The position numbers and the translations under genes are program-made. The notes beneath the pieces were generated by a model. The model was not told where the DNA came from. It saw only the letters and a list, made by a program, of their open reading frames with translations, and did not search any database. Below are positions 11,046 through 22,936 of a DNA stretch of 64,000 nucleotides, in pieces. Each line of letters opens with the position of its first letter. Position 1 is the first letter of the stretch. The stretch comes from Amphiscolops sp. MND2022 (Eukaryota): assembly GCA_964187785.1 (NCBI GenBank), contig OZ076410.1, positions 51,708,001 through 51,772,000 of the forward strand, given 5' to 3'.

Positions 11046-11163
11046 TCGGGAGAACAGAACTCACACGTAGCTAACTTGTAAACCACGTAACCGAAGGTTG
11101 TTGATCAACAACCTTCGGTTACGTGGTTTACAAGTTAGCTACGCGTGAGTTCTGTTCTCCCGA
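11046..11163. repeat. 118-bp near-perfect palindrome with no spacer
   Basis: 59-bp arms centred on TTGA|TCAA (11104/11105) with one mismatch. GAGTTCTGTTCTC is duplicated immediately after it. Confidence 0.95.
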
Positions 11164-11686
11164 GTTCTGTTCTCTGAATCCCTCGAGGGATTGTTTCTGG
11201 TTTAAAAAATTCTAAGAAGATTTGAATCATAATTTCAGAAAAAATACTGAAATATTGAACTATTTTCACTAGACCGTAGAGAACGCTTAGTCGAATTATA
11301 ATTATGTTTGGTTGAGGCTTGCGCTATGTCATAAACGGATCTGTAAACACATGCACTTAACAAATAAACCTGCGGAGGAATTGGTGTCTTCTTGAAAAAC
11401 CAGAATGAGTTAGAAAACTTGGAGCAAATGGAGTATCGTGGTAAGATACTTGTTCAGAAGTATACTCGCACTTCTAGGGTGCGAATGTTAGAGTCTGAAA
11501 AACTTAGTTATAGTTATTGTGTTAGTCGCGAAGCTAGAGTTGCGTTTCTAAATCTAAGTTTCATAATTAATCGAGTTGAGCCCAAAAACAAATTGGAGAG
11601 AAAACTAGCCAAGCTAGGCAGTCGAGCGAAAATCGTATCCATTGAATAAAAAATGAAAACTTTTCTGTTAGAGTTAAGTTCTTGGG

Positions 11687-11688
<2 letters not shown>

Positions 11689-11760
<72 letters not shown>
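11689..11760. repeat. (TC)36 microsatellite
   Basis: Pure TC dinucleotide run. Confidence 0.98.
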
Positions 11761-11763
<3 letters not shown>

Positions 11764-12021
11764 CCTCGAAATTTATATTTATATTTTCCGCCAAAATCCA
11801 AGATCATAAGCTTTCTATAACTAATTTGAACAAATTCGGGTTCATCCCACACTTCAATAATGTGAAATTACAATTGAACACCAACTCAAACCCAGCCGTC
11901 GTTTAAACTCGAGATGATCAAGAAACTTTGTCATGAAAAGTTTCTTTCATCTTCTAGAAGACTTTCAGATTGCTAAAAAGGACTAAAAAATATTAATTAT
12001 TTTTTATTACTAAAATTTATT

Positions 12022-12057
12022 TTATTATTATTATCATTATCATCATCATCATCATCA
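12022..12057. repeat. Compound (ATT)n(ATC)n microsatellite
   Basis: ttattattattatcattatcatcatcatcatcatc. Confidence 0.85.
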
Positions 12058-12855
12058 ACAACATTTTGTCCCTTTCTGTTGTTTGAATATTACAGGTTGT
12101 GGCAACACAACAGTACTTTTCTTGAATGTAGCCAAAATGTTATAAATTCATGATGGATTTTTTGGATTGCAGTATGGATTTCATAGTACCTTAGAAGTTC
12201 AATGGTGGAAATTCTTGGTGTCCTTTGTATTAAGTTGAATAAAGACTTTTGATTTTTTTTCAAATCTCGTTGGCCAGCATAGAAAAAAGGCGAAGAAGGC
12301 ATTGAGACTTGGCAGATGTTCAGAAATAAATTTTTCATTCTTCAGACTAGAAAAGCGTTAAGACTGCTAGACCTCCCCTGAACACGGTATAAAACTGAGA
12401 CGTACATTCATAAATGGATTTACTTGTTTTAAATCTTTAACTGTTACAACAAATTCTAATGGTCACTTACATTTATAACTGATTCAATAGAAATGAAGGG
12501 ATCTGTAGTTAAAAAGTCAACACAAACGTAGGGTACTAATTCTTTGACAATAGTTAGAAAATGAAATGTTAAAAATAAAATGACCAGTTAAAAAAATTTG
12601 AAAAAATGGCTTAAATTAGTAGCTGTATGAAATGTTACGTCATCAAATCGGAGTGTTTTTGGAATAGTTAGAAGGTATTTTTAGTATATTATGTCAAATT
12701 TTTATTTTCAAAAAGTGTGTATTGTAGGAGAATGAAGGAAAAAGTGTCGAATGTCATAAAGTGGCAACATCTATAGACATTTATATATAAAGATATAAGA
12801 ACATTCAAATAAACCAGTAGGCAGCTATACCTATTGGCAGGAACCTGTATGCGCT

Positions 12856-14493
12856 TCATACATTAGTTTCAACTAAGTTATTGAGAGAAATGACGTCAGC
12901 GAAATTTATATTGGCAAGCTCTAACTGGTCTTCCGAATGGAAATCTTCATCGGGTTCAGCAGATTGCGTAGCCGAGATGATGTGCACGTCGATCTCTTGT
13001 GATTGGATGCTAGGGCAGCTGTGCAGATTGCTGTGGGTTTGCTGGATATCTGGGCATGGATGCAAAACAACTTCGTGCAGTTGGGATACACACAAGCTAC
13101 TTTGACAAGTATCTTTGGATTGGGCAGTTGAGCACCGACTCAGATTGCTATCCTTTGATTGGTTGAACGAGGAGTGTGCTTCAACATTCACAATCTCAGC
13201 TGGTGCTTGCCCAGGGATCCGAGGCAAATCATTCATCATTTTTTCAGCCGACTCGTCTTTTGGTAAGTCCTCTTCTTCGTGGTCAAAATTTCTTTCTTTC
13301 CTGCTTAGTTTAGAGGCTGAAGGTGGAATTCTTTGAACGAATCTCCCCAATGCAGATGTCCTGACTGCATTGAAAAAGTTACAACAGTCTTGTCTAAACT
13401 GTTGACTCAGTCCTGCGTAAATGGCGGGCATGAGAATGAAGTTGAGATTGTAGAACATTTGCAGGTACTTACCACTGACTTTGATGAAGTTCGGTGTCCA
13501 CTCCATTTGTTTGTCGATGCCGACCAGGAGGAACAAGCAGCCATTGGGCACAAAGCAGATGATGTACACAGTTGTCAGGGTGGCTGAAATGAATGCAGCT
13601 CGGTCGCGCATTCGTTCTACGGGATCTTTTCGACCACTGCTGCTTTTTGTATTTGAATAGGTGTGAGGTTGGGATTTCTGTGGACCAGGGGTTGAGTTTC
13701 CTGACACATTCTTGTTTCCTGCTTTCTCCTGATCCTTGTCACGTTTCTCCATTTCACCAGAAACTTTTACTGGACAGGAATTCACAACTTTCGAATCTGT
13801 TTTGCGTACACGATGGCTTCTTTTCTTCTTCCGTCGGGATGCTCTGACGCGGCTGCAAAGTTTGCCAAAAACCAGCAGGTAAATGAAGATGATGAAGAAT
13901 ACATTTCCGAAAGCGAACACTGTGTAAATATAATAAATTACGTGGAACGTTTGAAGTAAAAAGATAATAACAACCATGAAAAAGGACAGAATCACATTGA
14001 ACAAACAAAGACACCAGCTTTTGGCATAAGAGAGAACAGTTTTTCGCGGGAAAAAAATTAACAGAGCTCTGTTTATTGCGATGCTTTGGAGAGTCAGAGT
14101 TGATAGTGTTTCCAAGAAAACTGTCATGCCGTATAGTAAGTCCGATTCCAATCCATGGCAGTGATACCCGAAAAAGTCCATTTCCAATGGGAAAACGAAA
14201 CCACAGGCAACCAAATCGATGAAAGTCAAAAATACCATTAGTTGATCAGCCGCAAACTTTGTTTCTTCTTTGCACATTTTGTGCAACAGTATCAAGAGCA
14301 CAAAAACATGACAGGTGCATCCGATGATACTTCCGAACAGGAAGCACATTTTGATAGCAGCGCATTCAGAGTCGGAATAAGCGAGTGCTTCTAGCCACAC
14401 ATTAGTGTAGTTCTCTTCTAAATGGTAACCGTAATCGTAGTAGTCTGTCATTATAAATACAATGTTAGTAATAAATGCAACGGGACTTTTCAC
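12856..14493 (-). CDS. Class A (rhodopsin-like) orphan GPCR, single coding exon; likely start at Met15 (14451)
   Basis: Seven hydrophobic segments. TM2 LTFIDL (D2.50), TM3 IAINRA (DRY-equivalent), TM5 IY, TM6 CFVP (CWxP-equivalent), TM7 MPAIY (NPxxY-equivalent), helix-8 FR then CC. N-glycosylation site NYT, long basic ICL3 and Ser/Thr-rich tail. Confidence 0.92.
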   Translation of the reverse strand: MKSPVAFITNIVFIMTDYYDYGYHLEENYTNVWLEALAYSDSECAAIKMCFLFGSIIGCTCHVFVLLILLHKMCKEETKFAADQLMVFLTFIDLVACGFVFPLEMDFFGYHCHGLESDLLYGMTVFLETLSTLTLQSIAINRALLIFFPRKTVLSYAKSWCLCLFNVILSFFMVVIIFLLQTFHVIYYIYTVFAFGNVFFIIFIYLLVFGKLCSRVRASRRKKKRSHRVRKTDSKVVNSCPVKVSGEMEKRDKDQEKAGNKNVSGNSTPGPQKSQPHTYSNTKSSSGRKDPVERMRDRAAFISATLTTVYIICFVPNGCLFLLVGIDKQMEWTPNFIKVSGKYLQMFYNLNFILMPAIYAGLSQQFRQDCCNFFNAVRTSALGRFVQRIPPSASKLSRKERNFDHEEEDLPKDESAEKMMNDLPRIPGQAPAEIVNVEAHSSFNQSKDSNLSRCSTAQSKDTCQSSLCVSQLHEVVLHPCPDIQQTHSNLHSCPSIQSQEIDVHIISATQSAEPDEDFHSEDQLELANINFADVISLNNLVETNV

Positions 14494-14950
14494 TTCATCG
14501 TGGAAACAAAACTGAAAGACTTACAATCGATCGCTTGATTTTTAGGCAGATAATTTACTTTGAATTGGTTTTCATGTAAAACAGTAATTTTGGGGAAAGT
14601 AGAAAAAAATCAAGTCGAAATCATTGGTCTGTGAGATAGAGTAAATGAAAAAGTATTTGTTTTTGAGAATCTATCAAAATAACGAGATACTGCTCTTGCT
14701 AATAAACAACGGATTCGTTGCTGGATATGAAAAGTGCTGTGAATTTTCAGCCAATAGAAAAGTCGACCATTTTTTTCATTTGTAACCATTTTTACAGTCG
14801 ATGTATGGAATTGGGATTGTTGTCGATTGGGATGTTGAATAACCAAAGAATCACTGTTTGGAGTTGTCACTTGTACAATTCATACAATAAGTAATGTAAA
14901 ATACGTTTTACCAAAAGAACTTTGGAAAAATTATAGGCAGTTGCGAGAAC

Positions 14951-15443
14951 CAGGTCATGGGAAAAATAAATTGCCACCAATTAATTGCAATCAACATATT
15001 GATTTTTACCCGAAATTAATTGATTTTGAAGGACTGTTAATGGCAATTAATTGGCTGGGAAGTACCAGTTATTGCAATTAATTGCTCGGTTATTTCACGT
15101 CAAAAAGGTTGTTGATAAACGCTTATTCAGAACATTTTGACGACTGCCTATTACCACAAAATTTTGAGATGCAATTGTTTTTTAAAATGAATGAAAAACT
15201 TTGGGACGAAAAACTTGTGAATAGCTGTATACACCTCAATGGTGATTAAAATTGTTTGTTTTGTCACTTAAATTGCTGATGAATCAAACTGGAATTTTTT
15301 CGAATAACACGTTTTGTGGACAAACGAGAGAAAAATTGCAATTAATTGCAATAATTGATTGCTTTGGCTAGCAATTAAAATTCATTGACTGCATTTGTTC
15401 TTAATTGATTGGTAGAGGAGCAATTAATTTTTGCCATGCCCTG
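14951..15443. mobile_element. hAT-type MITE (493 bp)
   Basis: 24-bp TIR CAGG(T/G)CATGG(G/C)AAAAAT(A/T)AATTGC, 8-bp TSD GCGAGAAC/GTGAGAAC, and several internal CAATTAATTG-like subterminal repeats. Confidence 0.88.
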
Positions 15444-15739
15444 GTGAGAACCAGACACCGCTGGCAGCAGAATCAAGCATAATTAGCATAAACAGCCTCG
15501 TTGACCAATCAGAGAATAATAACGTCATAAAGTGAGCATAAAACAGCGAGTACGAGTTTTGCAGAATAATTAGGCATATTGCTTTCGATTGTTTGTTTGA
15601 AGAGTTTCCTATTTTGGCAAAAACAGCGCGAAGGGCTATTTGGATTCAACCCGCGTATCCGGAAGTGGAGCGAAGTTTTTCGCTGTTAAACATTGTCAAA
15701 TGTCCGCTGAGATCGCAGCTGCTAGCTCCCAGACGATTC

Positions 15740-16050
15740 TTTGACTTTTTTTGTGAAATTTTTTGGATTGCACCAAAGGGTCTCCCCTTCGTTTGTTTTG
15801 ATATTTTGCAACACAATGGATGTCAAAAGTCCCAAAGGGTCCCCTTTTACATTTTCCGGCACTGTGACACTGTTCAAAAATCTTATTTTGGATTTTTTTA
15901 TCGGAATTTTTTTTAAATTTTCACAAGAGTCCCCCTTCAAATTTTCATTATTTGTAACCAACTGGAGTTCCACTAAGCCCAAAGGGTCCCTCCTTTTACA
16001 ATTTTCAGCCTCATATATAGGGCCGACTTTGGCCGTTCTCGGCTTGTTGT
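15740..16050 (+). repeat. Interspersed repeat family with CCAAAGGGTCCCC motifs (related copies ~23600-23910, ~26000-26230, ~59240-59520)
   Basis: 15775-15810 matches the reverse complement of 23860-23897. Copies share a GC-rich end (TATAG(G/C)GCCGAC...), with a related GC-rich end at 59245-59275 in reverse. Confidence 0.6.
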
Positions 16051-16590
16051 TATTACAATAAACACTTCGTTGAATTTTGACATAATTCAACTCGAAATTG
16101 AAACCATTTGAAAGCTTAGCATAAATAGCATAATTTGAATTTTGTGGCAGCATAATATGTGGTCGCTAGCAGCGTAAAATCGCGGTGTCCAGTGAGAACG
16201 CATCATTATTTGAAGTAAAGATATTGTGGAGTATAGTTGTTTTATATTTGTATTTCACTTCAAGTAGTCATGTTTTCTCACAGATGTTTAATGACTAATA
16301 AGAAAATTGATACGGACAAAAATGGCTGACAAGAAAAGAAAATATAAGAATGAATTCCATCATTTCTTGTTCAATTATTATTATATGAGTTGAACCTTTA
16401 CTCTTATTGAAGTATAGCTTAGAGGACAAACTACTTAAGACATTATTATTAGTTCATATTCATTAATTAATCTGAAGTACTTGCTACTTTTTTATTATGC
16501 TTACGACGTAAACTTTAATCATTAGCAATTGATGAGATACAAAATACAAATTTTGTGCAATACTGAATTCTTGTACCATACAATCAAAAC

Positions 16591-19500
16591 ATGGCGCAGT
16601 CAGTGTCGAACTTACTGACAGTTACATTCAAACCAACAAATAGTTATACTTACAACAACCACCAAAGAATGGCTGACACCAACAACAACTCCTCACCAAC
16701 GGGGGGAAGCCCAATCAACCGATCAATCAACGGACTGCCGGTTGATACACAACGAGACGACAATGAAAACGGGGCATCGAACATGCACCCAACAATTGAC
16801 CATTGCCAGTTCCGAAAAACACGAATGCTCCAGTGCGAACTTTTGGTGGCAGAAAATTGTTCAATACATCAAAATGACAAAATACATCGACTCGTCGGCT
16901 ATGACAAACTCGAATGACATCCTATCACAAAATTGCCACCAACTGGAACTGGAGATCAAAGTTTCATTCTTACGGGCAATCGGACAAAGTTCACTTACAG
17001 ACATTACGAAAACAGTAAGAGAACGAGAACCCAATTCTCTACCGCTAGATAAACTATATACTTTTTTCGGTTACACTTCATAACGGAGAGGACTGTACAA
17101 CACAGCCGAGACGACTTCTTCGACCTAAGAAGAGAAACAAACGAAACAGCAGCAGATGTATGGAAAAGGATATTAGAAATTGAGAAAAACTGCGAATTTG
17201 AAACCATAACAGAGGCGGAACTTTTAGCCTCAAAATTCCTATCACTCATAGGAACGCCCAAGAGACTACGATCTAAAAAGAGAAATGGGAAAAAGCGATA
17301 TATCGGTAAAGGCAATCACAGAAGCAATACATGAGTACATGTATGAAAAACTAAGCGAGTCTCCCGAAACCGGGGAAGAAAAAAATTCGGCATGTGGAGA
17401 AAAGAAAATAAATATAATAAAAAACAAACCGAACGAAACCCAAAACCAAAGACCTGATTGCAGTAAACGTGCAGCACCTGACTGGGCCAAACAGCACGAA
17501 TGTCCCGCAAGAGGGAAGAAATGCGTGAAATGTAGGAAATTGAGACATTATGCAAAATGTTGCCGTTCAAAGCAGCAAATAAACCACATAGCATATGAAA
17601 AAAAATACAGTGCAGACGAAGATGACTGGACGCTAGAGAAAATACACTCTATCCAACAGAACATTGACTCAATGGGTGTCAAAAATAAGAACGGGCCACC
17701 GTATTATACCAAAACACTATTAATAACCGACCAATAAAATTATTTGATGCCACATTAATACTGAAGACATAATTCAACAAAATACCAGCAATCAAACCAG
17801 TAACGAAAGATTATCGTGACGTAAACGATAACAAAATAAAATTCGAAAATAAAACGACCTCACACATCGAAATAGACAGTACAAAAAAGCAACTGGAGTT
17901 TTAAATAAAAATCAGACAAACCCACCATTTACTCGGACTGGATTGGATGGGAAAGCTGGGCATCACCCTAAAAACAGACCAAAACAGTTAAACAGTCATC
18001 AACATAAACAATCTGGACCGAACCAACTGCAAACCGGACCGGGAAATGAAAAGTAAGTTCCACAAACTTATCACAAAAACCATACAATAAAAACGTAGAA
18101 GTTGACATCCAATTAAAACAAGGGGCAAAACTGATACAATAAAAAGGCCGACCAATACCATTTCACCTACAAACTACGGTTGAAAAAGGAACTGAAAAAC
18201 TAAACAAAATGGTGACATATCGAAAAATATTGATGAAAACTGTTTTGGGAGCCCCATAAAATAGAACAAATCAATAAAAAGTGCTCTTAACTATGCCTAA
18301 CATGGAAGAATTATATCGAGAACTTCCAGAAAAAAAACGGAGGGAAAGCAGATGAAATTTGAATTCCAAAATTGGACTTAGACTACGCATTTGGCCAACT
18401 ACAACTTTCGAAAAGAGCAATGGACCTAAGCATGTTTGCAGTGACCGGATGAAAATTCACCGGTTACTACCGATTTCTGAAAGGCTTTTACGCGTTAGCT
18501 GACATCCCAACGATAGGTCCGGGAAAAATTGATCAAACTCTGGGAATAAACACCCCCAGCCTGGCTAAACGATATTTTAGTTGTAACAAAAGGCTCCGAT
18601 CAAAAATAAATGCACGAATTGATAGACGTGCTATCAAAATTGGAAAACGCCAGTTATGGACCGAGGGAAAGCAAACCCGAAACATTCAAAACTGACATAG
18701 AATGAATCAGAATTGACCAGAACGGAATCAAAATGTTACAAGATAAACTACTCGCAATCAAAGAATTGGAAAAAAACTGAAGAATGAAAAAGAACTTATT
18801 TTAGGCGTGATCCAAGACTTGTCTAAAGACATCGAAAACCTCTCAGCACGAACACTTATTCTAAGACACTAACTCAAAAAAGACTATGAATGGAAATGGA
18901 CTGAAGAGCACAGGAAAGCGTTTGAAAATTTGAATTAAAAAATCACGGAAATACCCTGCTTAGCACATTACAATTCCAAAGTTCCGAAAATAATAACTAC
19001 AGACACAAGCACAAAAGGCTTCGGAGCCACTCCATGGCAAGAACAACAAGACGATAAACTAAAAGTGACCGGATTTGCCAGTCGTTTTGTTTCCGACAAA
19101 GCAAAAAAATACGTCTCCAATGAATTGGAAATTATAGCGGTGGTACTTGAGCGTTTTCGCCTATACATATACGAAAAGCCGATAAAATTGGTCACTGATT
19201 ACCAACCACTAGAATGGCTTATTAGACGTAATCGATTTAACAAGACTTACAGCTCACGGCTAACTAGATAACTAGATCAATTAGCGCATTTTAAAATTAA
19301 GGTAAGCCATATAGTCGGTAAACAACTGAAATCTGTCCGAACCGCCGCAAGTGGAGGACGCATACAATGAAGAATACGTTAACAACAAAATCATACCGCA
19401 CTACAAGTTTGTGAGCGTGTATGGTTGCCTTAGGAGGAACCAATACGACTAATCACAGAGCACAAAACCTAACAGCATTCGAAACTACGTGAACAAACAA

Positions 19501-20560
19501 CCATTACTTGTTTTAATCAAACGGAAAAAAAACGTCATGAATTCAATATCAGCACAAGATAAATTGACCATGGACGCATGTACCATCGACAATTTAGAAA
19601 TCGCAGACCACATCTGCAGTAACGAGAAACCTGATCGCCCGATGGAGAGATATCGTAAAACCGGACATTTACCGACAACCCGGCAGCCGTTTGAAAAGAT
19701 ACCACGAGCCAAAATTCCTTGGAAAGAGAGGCAAATGATAAAAGAACAATTGCAGCTAGCTATTCAAAACAACGAAAGCGGACTAAAACATTAGTCTCAA
19801 GGCTTCCAATCGCAGGAGAGGCGTAACGAGCAATGGACGTTGGACCCCTTCTGAGACGTAGACCGTCCACAACGCCAGCAATCGCAACAAGAAAACCAAC
19901 CCGGACCCTCTTCACAAAACGAACAAATCTACCAGGAATACGTTCCGATGGAAGAATAAAAATCGTATCAGATACAGACCAAGACCCGTCAATTTTAGAA
20001 ATTCCGGCAGTCAACTGGGCAAATTACCTGAGCGTTAAAAGCATCCAGTACATAAAGATGGTCCATGCCCCAAAAGTGGAAGTAGATACACTCAATGATT
20101 AGGATTTGGGTAATGCAGTAAGAGAGACGGAAAAGGTTTTCTCTCCCTATCTACAATTACTCACCAAATAACGACCGAAATTTCCTCAAAATACTTGTTT
20201 GCCTCGAACGCCAGCAACACGATAACATGCTCGAGGAGTACATGCTGTACAAAAAGAAGCTTTCAGCCAGATACGGGCTGGTATTCTATGAGGACCGAAT
20301 CACAGTTCCAAAGAATTTTAAGACATCTGTCATCAGCTTCCAGATTTGATGACCAAGAATCAGAAACTATCCAGGAGGAGTGCCATGGTTGCATGCCTCG
20401 GAAGGCGTTCCAGTCACTTCAATTCAGTCAAACCTACGTAAGTGATATTATTAAAAGCAACATAGCACGCGGAACGACCAAGTCTCATCGGCTGATTAAA
20501 GTCTCACACGCCCATTTCATTGGTCGACAGGTGTTTCCAAAACATCATTTTTAATTTTAA
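16591..20560 (+). pseudogene. Degenerate Ty3/Gypsy gag-pol of a different family from E1-E3
   Basis: CCHC knuckle KCVKCRKLRHYAKCC (~17520). RT motifs SKLDLDYAFGQL (~18368) and PAWLNDILVVT (18556-18588). RNase H TDTSTKGFGATPWQ and YVSNELEIIAVV (~19000-19145). Integrase N-terminal remnant ~20200-20470. Many stops and frameshifts; LTRs not resolved. Confidence 0.88.
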
Positions 20561-22818
20561 CCCGTTCACACCTATTGCATTTCAAAATAGTTTTGATAAG
20601 AAAACGCTCCCGAACATTTTGATCCTGATATTGTGGTTGTTTCTCTAATAGACTGTAATATGTAATAGTATGAGTTTCTTTTAGGTAGTTGAATTCCCAA
20701 ATCGTACATGTATTTTCTTCGAAAAAACCAAGATTTACATTTTTTTCAACGATTATCGAAAGATTCCTAAAATAAAACATAGCATGGGTTCCAGAAAAAC
20801 TAAGGGCTACATTTTATGTGTGGTTATATGGAGATCCACATATAAAAGTACCTTGAAAGTTTTGAAGGCAACCGGCTCGAAAGAAACAAAACTTCCTTTA
20901 GATCCATCTTTTTCCTAGTGTGATGAGTTTTTTTAAAGTTTTTTGAGCAATTTAATGAAGATTGAAAACGAACGTTTCGTAATTTGATGAAACGTTGTCA
21001 TTCAAGGAGAGTCCCGAAGGAAACGAAAGTATAGCATAATCGAACTCTCATACAACTCATGCAAGAATCTCGCAAAAGTGGAACATATCAGACATAATCT
21101 GCAAGAATCATCAATGTATCTTACCTATCGGACGAACATGTCCGATTCTAGCAGATCAGACATTTCTTACAGTTTCAGGCGTCTCTTGAAAAAAATTTAA
21201 ACGTCAAGACTTTTCGTGCAAAATTTGTTGACGGATCTTACCAAGACAATGTCTGGAAGTTCTAAGAAATTCTACAATAGGTTGTTTGAAACATACGGAA
21301 AAAGTCAATAGAGTTTTTTCAATCTTAAACCAAGAAAAAGTTCAAATTGCATACAAACCTGAAAGCGAATGTAACAGAAGGCATAACTGCATATAACACA
21401 AAGAAAGTTTAGAAATTCCGGCAGTCAACTGGGCAAATTACCTGAGCGTTAAAAGCATCCAGTACATAAAGATGGTCCATGCCCCAAAAGTGGAAGTAGA
21501 TACACTCAATGATTAGGATTTGGGTAATGCAGTAAGAGAGACGGAAAAGGTTTTCTCTCCCTATCTACAATTACTCACCAAATAACGACCGAAATTTCCT
21601 CAAAATACTTGTTTGCCTCGAACGCCAGCAACACGATAACTTGCTCGAGGAATACATGCTGTACAAAAAGAAGCTTTCAGCCAGATACGGGCTGGTATTC
21701 TATGAGGACCGAATCACAGTTCCAAAGAATTTTAAGACATCTGTCATCAGCTTCCAGATTTGATGACCAAGAATCAGAAGCTATCCAGGTGGAGTGCCAT
21801 GGTTGCATGCCTCGGAAGGCGTTCCAGTCACTTCAATTCAGTCAAACCTACGTAAGTGATATTATTAAAAGCAACATAGCACGCGGAACGACCAAGTCTC
21901 ATCGGCTGATTAAAGTCTTACACGCCCATTTCATTGGTCGACAGGTGTTTCCAAAACATCATTTTTAATTTTAACCCGTTCACACCTATTGCATTTCAAA
22001 ATAAATTTGATAAGAAAACGCTCCCGAACATTTTGATCCTGATATTGTGGTTGTTTCTCTAATAGACTGTAATATGTAATAGTATGAGTTTCTTTTAGGT
22101 AGTTGAATTCCCAAATCGTACATGTATTTTCTTCGAAAAAACCAAGATTTACATTTTTTTCAACGATTATCGAAAGATTCCTAAAATAAAACATAGCATG
22201 GGTTCCAGAAAAACTAAGGGCTACATTTTATGTGCGGTTATATGGAGATCCACATATAAAAGTACCTTGAAAGTTTTGAAGGCAACCGGCTCGAAAGAAA
22301 CAAAACTTCCTTTAGATCCATCTTTTTCCTAGTGTGATGAGTTTTTTAAAGTTTTTTGAACAATTTAATGAAGATTGAAAACGAACGTTTCGTAATTTGA
22401 TGAAACGTTGTCATTCAAGGAGAGTCCCGAAGGAAACGAAAGTATAGCATAATCGAACTCTCATACAACTCATGCAAGAATCTCGCAAAAGTGGAACATA
22501 TCAGACATAATCTGCAAGAATCATCAATGTATCTTACCTAATCGGACGAACATGTCAGATTCTAGCAGATCAGACATTTCTTACAGTTTCAGGCGTCTCT
22601 TGAAAAAAAATTTAAACGTCAAGACTTTTCGTGCAAAATTTGTTGACGGATCTTACCAAGACAATGTCTGGAATTTCTAAGAAATTCTACAATAAGTTGT
22701 TTGAAACATACGGAAAAAGTCAATAGAGTTTTTTCAATCTTAAACCAAGAAAAAGTTCAAATTGCATACAAACCTGAAAGCGAATGTAACAGAAGGCATA
22801 ACTGCATATAACACAAAG
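19994..22818 (+). repeat. Tandem duplication, 1414-bp unit x2 (19994-21407; 21408-~22818)
   Basis: Both copies start TTTAGAAATTCCGGCAG, and ORFs 20195/21609 and 20517/21931 recur exactly 1414 bp apart with only a few substitutions. Confidence 0.96.
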
Positions 22819-22936
22819 GAAAACGTTTTGGGAGCTGCACGTTTGTCACGATGGTGACCGACAGCAGCCCGCTGAGCCACGTTCTAACTTGCAAGGATAT
22901 TGATGAAAGAACAACTCAACTGTACATGTACAATGA

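Noticed and set aside
11567-11906. ORFs with ER/RE and SL dipeptide repeats
   Set aside because: Translations of the (TC)36 microsatellite.
12881-14014. Several short ORFs overlapping the GPCR
   Set aside because: Shadow frames of a real coding sequence with no independent motifs.
19994-22818. Direct repeats as an LTR pair
   Set aside because: They are adjacent with no internal region, lack TG..CA ends and contain pol remnants, so this is a tandem duplication.
22852-22865. TGGTGACCGAC resembling a tRNA-Trp PBS
   Set aside because: Only 8 nt match, and no LTR-terminal CA or supporting LTR was found.
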